A stretch of DNA of 64,000 nucleotides from Antedon mediterranea (lineage: Eukaryota > Animalia > Echinodermata). The notes below the pieces were generated by a model that was not told where the DNA came from, searched no databases, and saw only the letters and a program-made list of their open reading frames with translations. Below are positions 62,964 through 64,000 of this stretch, piece by piece. The position numbers and the translations under genes are program-made. Where the stretch lies: positions 14,604,948 through 14,668,947 of the forward strand of contig NC_092673.1 of assembly GCF_964355755.1 (NCBI RefSeq), in the 5' to 3' direction. Position 1 is the first letter of the stretch, and every line of letters begins with the position of its first letter.

Positions 62964-64000
62964 CTATATATAAATTTACGTAAGGGCAAAATTCGGTAAA
63001 TCCCGCGTTACTTCTAGAATGTTTACTCGATGGTATATAAAGTTGGTTAGAATCTCGGTACTGATTTTAACCACCTGATGTAACCCTGTTTACTAATTAA
63101 ATTGAGTTAGATAATTAGTTATTGACAATTAAAACGAATTTAGGTTCAACGATTTGCCCTAAATAGGGGTGTTTTTCGATCGTGGTATACACTGTCCAAT
63201 GGATGTCCGTATTGAAAAATACCCACAGACAATAATACGAGGATGCTTCGCATTTTCCTATCTCCTTCTACGATAATTGTTTTTAATGGCTGAAAACCGG
63301 TTGAACAGCTTGAGTACAGCATCATAATGTTGAAGACAGGCCGCTTTTCTTTAAAAAATACTATTGATAGATTTAATATACGTTTATACAAATGTATTGA
63401 TTTGCGATGAATGGAACATTCCAATCTCTGTTCCACAAGTGTCTATTCCCTCAGGCGTCGTAAAGGCAAGTACTGTATACTCATAACAGAAATTCGATCC
63501 ATTTTTTTTTCAATCTGTGCTGCAGAGGTTGGATATAATTTTTTTTTAACGGATAATGAGCTAGCGTTTTCAGTCGCCGTATATTATGTACAAATTTTTA
63601 TTATTGCATTTAAACCACCTACATCATCACCCTTCCCTCACTGGCATGAGTAGCATTGTAAAGCCAGTAGAGGATAGGCCTACGGTGCATCACATCCCCT
63701 AAACGCAGAACAACTTTGGTGGGTAGGGTAACCAACTTAAGTATGAATTGGCTCTAAGAAACAATTGAAAACCATTACGCCTACTAATAAAGTTGAGTTA
63801 GATAATTTAATTTTTATTCGATTTTAAATCGATTTTATGATTTTCCCCGAATAGAGGTGGTTTTCACAAATTGTTTTACATACATTATATAAACATACAC
63901 GTCGTAGTGATGTATCGTTACATGTACTGTACTATTTCAATCGACTAGGACGGTGATAGTTTCAACAAAGTATTACATATAGCAATGTTTTACTGTGTTT

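Noticed and set aside
62265-63085. Possible Crypton-like MITE surrounding the second hAT copy
   Set aside because: Terminal motifs are only suggestive (TTACAT...ATGTAA); boundaries cannot be supported without copy alignment

Overview
AT-rich, intron-containing animal genomic DNA. The abundant TAGGCCTA motif and the NLR architecture suggest an echinoderm, possibly a crinoid (inference only). Host genes: (1) an apparently intact 12-exon NLR immune receptor on the minus strand (56642->44399, ~1510 aa: death-fold/DED-like, TRADD-N-like, phase-1 mini-exon stalk, NACHT, LRR); (2) a divergent glutathione-synthetase-like gene (31408-36169) with one exon disrupted by a LINE tail; (3) a frameshifted otopetrin-like relic. 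The rest is mostly transposon material: a Ginger/Gypsy integrase relic; hAT-type elements with 7-, 8- and 5-bp TSDs; a Mutator-like MITE; Helentron-type elements; IS3EU-like transposase and accessory-gene relics; a BEN-domain pseudogene; an ORF1-only L2 element with an RNase H1 hybrid-binding domain; CR1, Rex and RTE relics; a DeuSINE; a 5S-derived SINE; and satellites. The most intriguing structure is a degenerate tRNA-Ala(TGC) tandem array interrupted, near the same spacer register, by a ~15.8 kb block. That block begins with a Crypton-type tyrosine recombinase relic and contains the GSS-like and otopetrin-like genes. All calls were made by eye without database searches. Coordinates of degenerate relics are approximate.
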